64,000 nt of DNA from Phaeosaccion multiseriatum (Eukaryota; Protista; Ochrophyta, other classes), in NCBI GenBank assembly GCA_965112735.1, contig OZ218953.1:4402001-4466000 (forward strand). The letters are read 5' to 3'. The position numbers were made by a program, and so were the translations under genes. The notes below the pieces were generated by a model. It was given only the letters and a program-made list of their open reading frames with translations. It was not told the DNA's origin and did not search any database. Numbering within the stretch: position 1 is the stretch's first letter; every line of letters begins with the position of its first letter. Shown here piece by piece: positions 53,558-64,000 of the stretch.

Positions 53558-54646
53558 CTCTCTGTCTCGCTCTCCCTCTCTCTCTGTCTCCCTCTCTGTC
53601 TCTCTCTGTCTCTCTCTGTGTCTCTCTGTCTCTCTGTCTCTCTCTCTCTGTGTCTCTCTGTCTCTCTCTGTCTCTCTCTCTGTCTCTCTCTGTCTCTCTC
53701 TCTCTCTCCCTATCTCTCTCGCTTCTCACTCTCCCGTGTGGCATGTCCGTCGCCCTCGTCCCGCCCGCCGCTCTCGTGTCTCCGTCTACGGTTTTTGCTT
53801 CTCACGTGTGGCTTTTTCCTATTTGTGACGCGAACTGCTCTCACACTCACTCCCAGTCTCCCTCCCTCTACCCTTCCCTCTCCTCCTTTCCGCTCCGCTT
53901 GCGCCTCTCTCTCAGCACATTGAGGTTCTCTGGCTGCTCTTTTGCTTCGAAGGAGCTGTCGAGGCACAGGTAAATAAGCCAGTGAGAGGCAACACGGTGG
54001 CGCGTAGCTGGATATCTATCAATCAATCTATCTTTCTATCTATGTATCTATCTATCTATCCATCTATCTATGCATGTATTTATCTACCTATCGATCGATC
54101 TTTCTATCCCTCTGTCTGTCTATCTATCTGTCTATCCCTCTATCAACCTATCTGTCTAGCTTTCTTTCTTCCGCACTATAGCTCCTGTAGCTACTGTGGG
54201 GCACATATCCGCACCTCACTTTTATCTCCATCTCCCTCTCCTCTAACTCTACTACATGGTGCTAACTTCCACCGTACCGGCAGGGGGAAGCCATGGCCCT
54301 AGGGACGAGCTGCCCACAGGTCTCTTTGCTGGCTCTCCTCTCTTTCCTCTGCTTCCCGGTGATGCTCCTCTTCGGCGTATACACCGTAATTACTCGGATG
54401 GTGAGTGTGTGAGGCATCTTCCTTCTTGCTACTCTTTGGCTGAGCTCAGCAACCGGAACTTTCGATCCGTTTGATCGATCAGCGCGAAGAAACTTGGCTG
54501 AAACAGATACGCCTCTGGCTGTCCAGCCCCAGCAGCTTGTTTGCGGTCGGCAGCAAACAGTCAACAGCACATCGCCCTCCTTTTGTCCTTTCTACGCACC
54601 CTCAATGTGCTCCTTGGGATAGAACATGCCCCTCCTCAACTCCCCA

Positions 54647-54709
<63 letters not shown>

Positions 54710-57463
54710 ATGCGTGCGTGCGTCTCAGGTGATGAGCGACTCCGCCCCTCTCGTGTTCCGCGACTGCGACGAGTATCAGCGACAGGTGGTGAGTGCGCGT
54801 GAGTCGCAGGGGGAAGGGACGAGGTGCCGAGTAGGGGTGGATTGGGCGGGTGCGGGGGTGGGTGTGTGGGCGTGGGTGGAAGGAAGGGTGGGGGTGTGGG
54901 GAGGGAGGGAGGTGGGGAGTGTTCTCCCAGGGGGAGGAAGGGAGGGAGGGAGGGTGTACTCGAACAGCTATCAGTTGTGAGTGCGCTTGCGGAGCAGGCA
55001 GAGGGAGAGGAGAGACACTTAACCCCTTTGCTCATAGGAACCCCCTTTCCACCCCCCTCCCCCCCTCCTCCTCCCTGACATACCTGCTAACGTCCCCTCT
55101 ATGATTGCTACACATCCCACCCCTCGACTTGGCTTGCAGCGTCTAAAGCTTACCTTTCGGAGGAGGTTATGGCAAGGGCTCAAGCATGCGTGGAGAGAGG
55201 GAATATCGATATTTACTTGGTGAGTCTCGAGCGCATCGAGTCAGTGTCCTCGAGGATCGGAGTAAACTGAAAATGAAGGTGAAACAGTCAGTCCCGCACG
55301 GCCTCATAGGGTTTCCCCCGCGGGGCCCCGGGGGGGGCTCTCCCTGTCTCTTCTCTCTCTCTCTGTGTGTGTATGTATGTATGTATGTATGTATGTATGT
55401 ATGTATGTATGTATGTATGTGTGTGTCTGTGTCTGTGTCTGTCTGTCGGTCTGTCGGTCTGTCGATCTTTCCCCCCTGTCCTCCCACCTCCTGCCCTCCC
55501 ATACGCTATTCCCTTGTCTCGCGCTCGCTCCCCTGGTGCCTCCCCTCCTCCTCCCCCCATTCGGGGTTTGGTTGCCCACTCACTGCCTCACTGCCTCACT
55601 GCCTTTCAACGTTGGCCCCTCGAACACCCAACACTAAACACCGAACACCGAACACCCAACACACCCCATCACCACCACCACCACCAACAACAAACAGGGC
55701 GGCGAAAGGAGAATGGTATTGCACAAAGGATGAAAGACAACACATCAATCTTCGCCGCCTCCGCATTGGCTACGAGCCGCTCTTCTGCGAATACACACGA
55801 CAGGTACGTCACGTTACACTGGGGCCTGTTACAAGTCGTCATCCCTTTGCCAGTCTGAGTCAGTCCTCTGGTGCTGATCTGAGAGGTAGGAAGCAGGGGA
55901 AAGGATGTGGATTGAATGATGTCTCGCTCTCTCGATGAGGACTCCGTCCTGTCGTCGTCCGCCTACAAATATCTCGTCACCTCCCCTCCCTCTCTCTGCC
56001 TTTTTTAAGTATCTGCTCCACATCCCTCTCTCTCGCGCGCTCTTTCTCCAACTGGTCCTGCCCTACTGCCCTACTCGTTCGGCAATGCCTTGCCTTACCC
56101 TCCCTCGCCTCGCCTACCTTGCCTTGCCTCGCCTCGCGTTGCTATGCTACGCTACACTGTACACATAACGATAGGGAAGCAAGCACCTCCTCGTGATATT
56201 GATGAAAGGCCTCGTGCTCGGGCTCGTGGCGGGCGTGATCGGAGAAACGAAGGTCCTGGCATGGCATGGTACAGTGCTTTGAGCGCCTTTGGCGTAGAAG
56301 GGAGAATAGGACGGGAGGAAGGATGCGAGTGGAAGTGGGTAGGGCACTCGCTTCTTCCCCATCCCATCCCATCCTCCGTCGCTCCTTCTCGTTTGCTTGG
56401 CTGTTGCCGGCGCAACAGGCAGGCAGAGAGTCGCCTCTTCATGGGCCTGTCTGTATCGCTGTATCCCCTGCTCTCAGCTTGTCGCGTGTCTCACCCCTCC
56501 TCCCCTCCCCTCGTCTTCACCGCGTCACAGACAACATCCTTCATCTTCCTCCTGTGTAGCCTCCTGGAATTCGCAGCCCTCGTGAGGGTGGGACCTTTCA
56601 ACAACCTCCTGGCCAACATCGTGGAAGCCTTCTATGTGCTCTGCAACACCATCACCATGTGCATGCTTACGGCCTCTCAGTTCGACCCCAGCCTCAGCGA
56701 CGCGGCCGATGGCCTCATGATCTCCATGTCAATGCTCACCATGACGGTGACAGTTTTTCTGCTCTATGTGGACATGGGCTTCACCACAGGGAAGCAGGCC
56801 TTTTGGTCCATCATGGTGCGTTGCTGTCTTCCTGCGTGCGTGCGTGTGTGCGTGTGTGTGTGCTGGAAGATAATTGTGTGTGTGTGTGTGTTGGAAGATA
56901 ATTGTGTGTATGTGTGTGCGTGCGCGTTTGTGTGTGCGTGCGTACACTACAGGGCGCGCACGAGGCTCTGCTGCAACAATCCATTGACTTCACTTCATTT
57001 CACTTCTCCACCCAAGATTCTCCCTCAGCTGAGCGGCTTAACTGACTCTTCTTCTTTGCCTTGTCCATTCTCACCTTCCCTTCTCCCTCTCCTCTGCCCC
57101 TTGTTCTGTTGCTCATGCTGTGTGTGGGCGTGAGCGTGTGCAGGTGTTGCTCCGCTTCGCTCCCAAGTACAAGATTGAGAAGGCAAAGCAGGAGAAGAAG
57201 AGGAAGGAGCTGAGCAAGAAACAGAAGGTCAGTGAGTGCGGTAGATGCCAGCCGAGCACAGTCAAGGAGAGAGAGAGAGGAATAGCATGACCGTGTCAAT
57301 TCAAGAAAGAGCACAGGAATCTTCCAATGGTGGGTAGAGAGAGCAGCAGTAAGTTGGGCCCGACCAACCTCGGATGGTCCACTCTGTCGCTGACGCACTT
57401 ACTGCCCCCCACACACACATCATATATACACACACGCACCACATACACGCACACAAACATACA

Positions 57464-57511
<48 letters not shown>

Positions 57512-58261
57512 GCGCACACACACACAAACACATGCAAACATACACACACATACATACACACACCAGCGCGCGGATCTTAAGGAATACCGCCCCTCGAGCA
57601 AGTTTGTTCGGACCTTGTGGTACAAGACTCTCATCGTCAACGCGCATATGAGTGTCAATTTGCTGACTGCTCGCCTTGACCAGCGAAGGGCGCAGCAGCT
57701 GGAGATGAAGGAGACGAGGGTGGCCACGGAGGGCAAGGAGGGCAAGGAGGGCAAGGAGAGCAACGACTGGCGGCAAATGGTGGGGGGGTGGGTGGGGAAG
57801 AAGGGTGTAGATGGAGGAGGCAAACCATCTCGAGTCGCTCCGGCGATTGCAACAGTGGACGAAGAGGAAGAGTCGACTGTGGGCACGTCTTCAATAGGAG
57901 ACGGTACTACTAGTTCAGCGGGTGCTAAGGCAAAGGCGAAGAAGGCAGGTGGGAGGAAGAGGGGGATCGTGAAAGGAGGGGGCGAGGGGGGTAAGTCAAC
58001 GGAGGTGTATGCCGATGTGGAGGAGGGGCGAGGGGCGTGGACCAACCACGAGGAGGAGGAGAAGCCCGATTATGGCAAGAAAGCCAAGAGTGGTCAGTCA
58101 AGGACGGGAAAGGGAGAGGCAGTAAGAGAAAAGAAGGGCTCGAAGGCCTTATCGGACGAGCCCGACAGGGGGGACCTCAAGCTGGACGGTCTTGACGATG
58201 ACGAAGCCTCCCAGGGGACGACGATGGATGACGTGGAGAGCTTGTTCAATAGCACCATCAT

Positions 58262-58293
<32 letters not shown>

Positions 58294-58406
58294 GAGCGGA
58301 TGGAGCGGGGCTTGCCTCGACGAGTGAGAAGAAGAGGAAAAGGGAGGCGAGGAAGTCCTCCGCTTCTCGGAGATCAAGACTCAATGACGCGTACACCAAC
58401 CTGTGA
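44227..58406 (+). CDS. Large receptor-like protein: signal peptide, RCC1-like beta-propeller repeats, Pro/Thr stalk, multi-pass TRP/FLC-like membrane region, charged cytosolic tail (>25 exons)
   Basis: Signal peptide [19 protein letters not shown]. Repeated (V/L)KCWG.N..GQLG....GD..MGDNL motifs at 44330-48800, PTAA/PTVA repeats, and an Ala-rich TM. Downstream exons read LGQ|[29 protein letters not shown] and [16 protein letters not shown]. Exons could be joined GT-AG in phase through to the stop at 58406; one donor near 56252 is weak. Confidence 0.72.
45790..45794 (+). other. 5-nt micro-exon (GCCAG) of the RCC1-repeat gene
   Basis: cacag|GCCAG|gtaag bridges a phase-1 donor (..AAA G|gtgag, ~45512) to a phase-0 acceptor (~45932) and restores the NDK-GQ-LG motif. 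Confidence 0.85.
46845..47660 (+). repeat. Intronic (CCCT)n/(CCTT)n polypyrimidine satellite
   Basis: About 800 bp of almost pure C/T. Confidence 0.95.
47964..48385 (+). repeat. Intronic (TCAC)n microsatellite
   Basis: Visible tandem TCAC. Similar tracts occur at 28055-28087, 48565-48680 and 51985-52328. Confidence 0.95.
48830..49130 (+). repeat. 12-bp coding repeats ([16 protein letters not shown] mucin-like stalk)
   Basis: ccaacagcagct-type units, about 25 copies. Confidence 0.9.
52965..53720 (+). repeat. Intronic (CT)n/(CTGT) satellite
   Basis: About 750 bp of CT dinucleotide with interspersed G. Confidence 0.95.
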
Positions 58407-58569
58407 AAGAGGAAAACGCGAAAGTGATTGATTCATATATTTGGAATTCGATTTCCTTTACTACGTAGGAAGAGGCCGACAGAGTCCGTGTCAATGACAA
58501 GAGTGCAAGAAGGTTTGCACATTCATCGAACACTTCTATTTTTTTTTTTTAATACTACGACTGTGTAAG

Positions 58570-58668
58570 AATCGCCCAAATCGCCCCCAATAAATTTTCG
58601 CACGAACTCCGCAAAATGATGCTGGGAGAAGCGCTTTAGCTTTTCGTGTAGCTCTTTGAGATGCCTAC

Positions 58669-58728
<60 letters not shown>

Positions 58729-58768
58729 TTGCCGCCCGACCCCCAAAAAACGGGCGATTTGGGCGATT
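58570..58768. mobile_element. Putative MITE/fold-back element with 17-bp terminal inverted repeats
   Basis: AATCGCCCAAATCGCCC (58570-58586) and its exact reverse complement (58752-58768) enclose an (AG)n tract. Confidence 0.5.
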
Positions 58769-59771
58769 TGTGTTATTATTTATATTGCGTAATAATAGTA
58801 TAGGGCCGTGCGAAAATTAAAAAAGACAAAAATAAGAAAAGTTTTTTGGGACTTTTTTTTCTAGATGGAGCGAGACTTTCAATAAAGCTAAAAAAGAAAG
58901 AAAGAAAAAAGGAAAAGAAAAAGAGATTCTGGGGCAGTGGGGGGGGCGGGGGGGGTACAACAACAGAGATGAAATATGTATGGGTTGAACAGCAAAAAAT
59001 GACTTGAAAGCAAATGAATTTATTTACTGACAATGTTTGTGTGCATGTCACAATTTCGCTGTACAATGGAACCGGCGCCGAGCTGCCCGTAACCAAGTCT
59101 GGATGTATGCAAGGACAGAGTGAAGGAATGAAGAGAGTGGAGGGAAGGCAAATGGGAAAATGGCGAGGAGACTTAAGAAATCCATTTTGCTGCCGAACGT
59201 GGTTATTCCGTTATTCCATTGGTGTGGGCAAGACTTCCTCGAGCAAAAGTAACGAGCCACCGGAAAATATCGTGCTAATAGGACCACCACGGGAAGGAGC
59301 ACCTCAAGCCCCGCCATGGTGCTCCCTGTACTCCACGTGGGGTGGAGTACGTCATTTAGGGGGGTATAGGAGATCTCTGTACTCTTGGAGGGGGTGCAGC
59401 AGTAGCAGAGGGAGGCATTTTCACGAGGAAGAACGGAAGAACGCAGAACGGAATGAACGGAAATGGCGGCATTAGCGGCAGCAGACTCGAGCAGATAAAT
59501 TATACAGTATTGAGTATTGAGCAGATTTGGTTGGAGGTCTATATTACACCGTTCAGTGCCATCTATTGAGAAATTTTAAGTGCCATCTATTGAGGAGACG
59601 CGATCGCGACACGCACGTTGGTTCTCCAACAAATCACAGCGGGCAAAAAGCTTTCGCACATAGATGGCACTTACATATTCTTCCACCGTGTCTTCTTGCC
59701 TCGCACCACCTCTCGTTGATGAGAGCAAAAGTAGGCTACTGATAGCAACCTCCCACCTTCCCTGTCGAAGG

Positions 59772-62700
59772 ATGCTCTCTTCACAGAGCTGGGGCTTGGA
59801 ACACACCCAATGCGTGGATGCCACTGGTATTGAGAGCTTCGCGGTTCGTGCGGCTCTGGCTGCTGCTGCTACCTCCGCTGCTGCTGCTGGCGGTGGTGGT
59901 GCTCCTCTTGGGGAGACATCAGCTCTTCTCGATGAGCATGAAATAAGGCGGAGCAAGGTTGAAGAGTGCAAAGCCCAGGCGAAGGTGAGGCGATCCGGAT
60001 TCGACTGTTTTGTGTACGCCGCGGCTACTGCATCTTGTTGACGTCCCTCCTGCGAAACGAGCCCTGTCTTGGGTAGGAGGAGACGCTCATGGGAAAATTT
60101 GTTGCTTGCGCACAGACTGTCGGCGTACTGGCGAAATTCAGGTACCTTCTGGATCGGCTCCAAGCCAGCGCCCAGAAGCAAAAGCAGCAGCAGGCGCAGC
60201 AGGGGAAAAAGGAGGAGAAGGAGGAGGAGAAGGAGGAAGATGTGGATAATCCCGGGGTGGTAGGTGGTATGGAGACGGGTGAATACGCTCAGGCAGGCGT
60301 TAGGGGGCACGCTCCCGGCTACCTTCTCCACCACCCCATCCAAAGCGTCGACCGAGTGGACTGGGAGAGCCTGGCTGAGGGGGTAGATCCTTCCTCTGTG
60401 AAGTGGTGTGACACTGATGCACAGAGAAAGCGCGATCAGGTGAGGCAAAGAGAAACATTGCACCACGCTTGGCTTTGGTTCTTTGTTTACTAGTGCAGTG
60501 AACGTCGTGGACATACAAACGCATTCAGCTGAGAATGAGGCAACGAGTAGAGAAAGTTAACAAAACAGAACGGGGCTTGATGCTACTGCTACTATACTCG
60601 GTGCTGCTACTGCTGCTACTCTACTCCCGCACGAGGCCCGAAGGGGGTGCTGCACTTGTCTTGCCTTCGCTGATATCGAAGCGCCCTCTCCTCTGGGGGA
60701 TGCACTCATTCTTCCACTCTTTCCATTCCCGCCATCGCTCTCCGCCTTGCCTGTCCCTGCCCCTGCCCCTGTCTGCCTTGCCCCCGATTCGATCCTTGTC
60801 CTGTCGTACCGCCCATACTACAGGTAGCCAACCTCTGCGCTGCCTTCGCCACTCTTCTTCCCCTGGTCAGAGAAGCCAAGGCTGCTGCTACTGCCGCCGC
60901 TGCTGCAGCAGCTGCCGAATCACCAACTGGTGCGGCGGCGCACGTGGACATCAGAGCGAGCAGAGTGCGCTGCGTTGAGTTCTGCGGCGGGACGGGGCAT
61001 TTCGCCGTCGTCGCGGCGGCGCTGCACCCTGACACAGACTTCATTCTCATGGACCAAAAGGTACGTAGGCGGGTGGGTGGGTGGGTGGGTACCCGAGGAG
61101 GAGTGGCCATCAGTCACCCACCATAGTCAGTCAACGGCAGGGGGCAGGTAGACAGGGTGGCAGGCAGGTAGGGAGGTGGGCAGGCAGGCAGGCAGGCAGA
61201 GAGACAGGGTGGCAGGCAGGCAGGCAGGCAGGCAGGGAGGCAGGCAAGCAGGCAGGCAGAGAGGCAGGTAGACAGGGTGGCAGGCAGGGAGGCAGGGAGG
61301 CAGCCAGGCAGAGAGGCGGGCAGATAGGCAGGTGGGCAGGCAGGTAGGCAGACTGGCAGACAGGCAGGCCGGCAGGCCGGCAGGCTTCCCTCCCCTTCCC
61401 CGAGACTTTGAGAGCTTCTACTTTATTTAACTGTACTGTACTGTAACTGTACTGTAACTGTACTGCACTGTAACTGTATTGTACTGTAACTGTACTTTAC
61501 TTTCTTGTTACTGTAACTGTACTGTACTGTCCTGTACTATGTTGTGCCGCTCGAGGGCCTGGCATAGGCATATGGTGTACAGCCCCCCCTAGCATGGCCA
61601 AGCCAAAAACCGAGAGCGTGTACACAGTGTCGCAAGAGGCTTTTCGCACTAGGCAGGCTCGTGTATCCTTTCCTTTCTTCTCTCATCTCACCTCCACCCC
61701 CTCTTTCGTAACCTCACTCGCCTTTTTGCTCACCCTTCGGTGTTTACTGTCTGCTTATTGCTGCTCTTACTTGCTGCAGGGAGAGTCGTTGGACATGGCG
61801 CGCGAGCGAGTGGAAAAGGCTCAGCTCCGGAACGTTTTTATTGTACAACAAACTGTGGAGGTGGGGACAAAACAGCGCAAACTCTCACTGCCCCGCTTTG
61901 GGGCCGCGCACTTCGTTCTGCCGCAGCTGCTGTATCACCAACTGCTGCTGTTCAAGTAGCAGCTGCTACACATACACACAGATGTCTCGTTCGTCCGCCT
62001 TCTCCTTCACGTTCTCAGAGAGCGGCATCATCATCATGCCTGCCGTCCTTCCTTGCTCCTTCTCCTCTTTCCCTCCCCTTCCCTCCTTCCTTGCTCCTTC
62101 TCCTCTTTCCCTCCCCTTCCCTCCTTCCTTGCTCCTTATCCTCTTCCTCTCCCCTTCCCTCCTTCCTTGCTCCTCCTCCCCTTCCCCTCCCTTCCCCTCC
62201 TTCCTTGCTCCTTCTCCTCTTTCCCTCCCCTTCCCTCCTTCCTTGCTTCTTATCCTCTTCCCCTCCCCTTCCCTTCGTCCTTGCTCCTTCTCCTCTTTCC
62301 CTCCCCTTCCCTCCTTCGTTGCTCCTTCTCCTCTTCCCCTCCCCTTCCCTCCGTCCTTGCTCCTTCTCCTCTTCCCCTCCCTTTCCCGCCTTCCTTGCTC
62401 CTTCTCCTCTTTCCCTCCCCTTCCCTCCGTCCTTGCTCCTTCTCCTCTTTCCCTCCCCTTCCCTCCTTCGTTGCTCCTTCTCCTCTTCCCCTCCCCTTCC
62501 CTCCTTCCTTGCTCCTTCTCCTCTTTCCCTCCCCTTCCCTCCTTCGTTGCTCCTTCTCCTCTTCCCCTCCCCTTCCCTCCGTCCTTGCTCCTTCTCCTCT
62601 CCCCCCCCCCTTCCCTCCTTCCTTGCTCCTTCTCCTCTTCCCCCCCCCTTCCCTCCGTCCTTGCTCCTTCTCCTCTTCCCCTCCCCTTCCCTCCGTCCTT

Positions 62701-63826
62701 GCTCCTTCTCCTCTTTCCCTCCCCTTCCCTCCTTCCTTGCTCCTTCTCCTCTTCCCCTGCCCTTCCCTCCTCCCTTGCTCCTTCTCCTCTTTCCCTCCCC
62801 TTCCCTCCTTCCTTGCTCCTTAACCTCTTCCCCTCCCCTTCCCTCCTTCCTTGCTCCTTCTCCTCTTTCCCTCCCTTTCCGCTCCCCTTCCCTCCGTCCT
62901 TGCTCCTTCTCCTCTTTCCCTCCCCTTCCCTCCGCCCTTGCTCCTTCTCCTCTCCCCCCCCCCTTCCCTCCTTCCTTGCTCCTTCTCCTCTTCCCCTCCC
63001 CTTCCCTCCGTCCTTGCTCCTTCTCCTCTTTCCCTCCCCTTCCCTCCGCCCTTGCTCCTTCTCCTCTTTCCCTCCCCTTCCCTCCGTCCTTGCTCCTTCT
63101 CCTCTCCCCCCCCCTTGCCTACCATTCCTCTCCCCTTCCCTCCGTCCTTGTTCCTTCTCCCCTTCCCCTCCCCTTCCCCTCCTTGCATGCGTTGCACGTG
63201 TGGTGATTGCTTCATGTGTCTCACCAGGACTACAGCGGCGGCTTCGACATTGGCGTATCCCTACATGCTTGCGGCCCCGCTACGGACTTGACCCACCGCC
63301 GCTGTCTGCAGGCCCGCGCAGCGTACGTGCTCTGCCCGTGCTGTGTGGGGAAGGTGAAGTACGCCGAGAAGGTACGTCGGTTGATTCTGCGTCGGTTGGT
63401 TTTCTTGCTTGTTCTTTTGTTGCGTTGTTTGCCTTGTGGTCTTGCTGCCTTGTCGCTGCAATGTTGTGTATGCTGTGCGGCTAGGTGCGGCCCAAGTGCT
63501 GCAAGCAGAGGGTGATGTTCTGACTCACACACACACATCTGATCCACCTCCAACCCTCAGTCCCTCTGACACACACATACAGAGAGAGAAGAGATAGAGA
63601 CAGGGAGTCTTCTTCCCCTGCTACCCACCCCGCCCATGTCATCGTGCCCACTTTCTCACTGCCCCTCCCCCCGCCACCCCCATGCGTACCCCGCACCCCC
63701 CGCTCCTCCTCCTCCTCTGACGCATCACGTCCTCACTACTGTTCCACTGTTCCACCTCCTGTCCCCCCCCGCCTTCCCCCCCTGCTCCTCCTCCTCTTCT
63801 GATGCGATCAACATCACAACTGAATC

Positions 63827-63857
<31 letters not shown>

Positions 63858-64000
63858 TCTGTGATGCCATCAAATCAATCAAAAACATTTGACACAATCC
63901 GGAGCAGAATCGTCAGGCGCACGCACGCCAGCACCAGTGGATGAGGGCTCAGCAGATGGAGGCGGAGGAGGAGGTTCAGCCAGACCATGTGTCTCTACCG
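59772..64000 (+). CDS. SAM-dependent methyltransferase, GSTCD/Methyltransf_32-like (3' end outside window or unresolved)
   Basis: Exons ~59772-59983, 60077-60440, 60824-61060, 61780-61860 and 63228-63371. Motifs VDW..L..G.DP, RKRDQV, VEFCGGTGH, and FDIGVSLHACGPATDL..C..A.YVLCPCCVGK. Confidence 0.85.
62040..63185 (+). repeat. Intronic ~40-bp pyrimidine minisatellite
   Basis: The unit ccttgctccttctcctct(t)tccctccccttccctcc(ttc/gt) is repeated over about 1.1 kb. Confidence 0.92.

Noticed and set aside
52921-53973. SL/RE-repeat ORFs of 225-350 aa
   Set aside because: They derive from a (CT)n satellite inside an intron.
61740-63484. 488-547 aa Pro/Ser/Leu ORFs
   Set aside because: They derive from a pyrimidine minisatellite in a methyltransferase intron.

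Overview
This is a 64-kb window of a compact, intron-rich, microsatellite-laden eukaryotic nuclear genome. It is most likely a photosynthetic stramenopile (ochrophyte): three genes carry bipartite plastid-targeting presequences with an (A/S)xAF-type motif, pyruvate kinase has a mitochondrial-type presequence, and a radial-spoke gene implies a flagellate stage. Splicing by hand at GT-AG junctions gives 16 protein-coding genes. In order: FHA + forkhead/winged-helix-like factor, plastid rubredoxin, CAMSAP/Patronin-like CKK protein, RWP-RK factor, Vip1/BPA1-like RRM protein, tocopherol cyclase, RSPH14-like ARM protein, ENTH/epsin, pyruvate kinase, EamA/DMT transporter, intronless PKDCC/POMK-like kinase, pentapeptide-repeat lumen protein, Pby1/TTL-like ligase, TFIIF-beta, a 14-kb RCC1-repeat + multi-TM receptor-like gene, and a GSTCD-like methyltransferase that runs off the end. 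The main unexplained structures are: (1) a MITE-like element nested inside an inverted copy of itself, each copy with its own 6-bp target-site duplication; (2) several tandem duplications of exon-intron junctions at different stages of decay; (3) a required 5-nt micro-exon; (4) polarised, mutually complementary intron microsatellites that spell splice signals; (5) six head-to-head gene pairs. Most long ORFs in the six-frame track are repeat artefacts. All family assignments are by motif recognition only; no searches were run.
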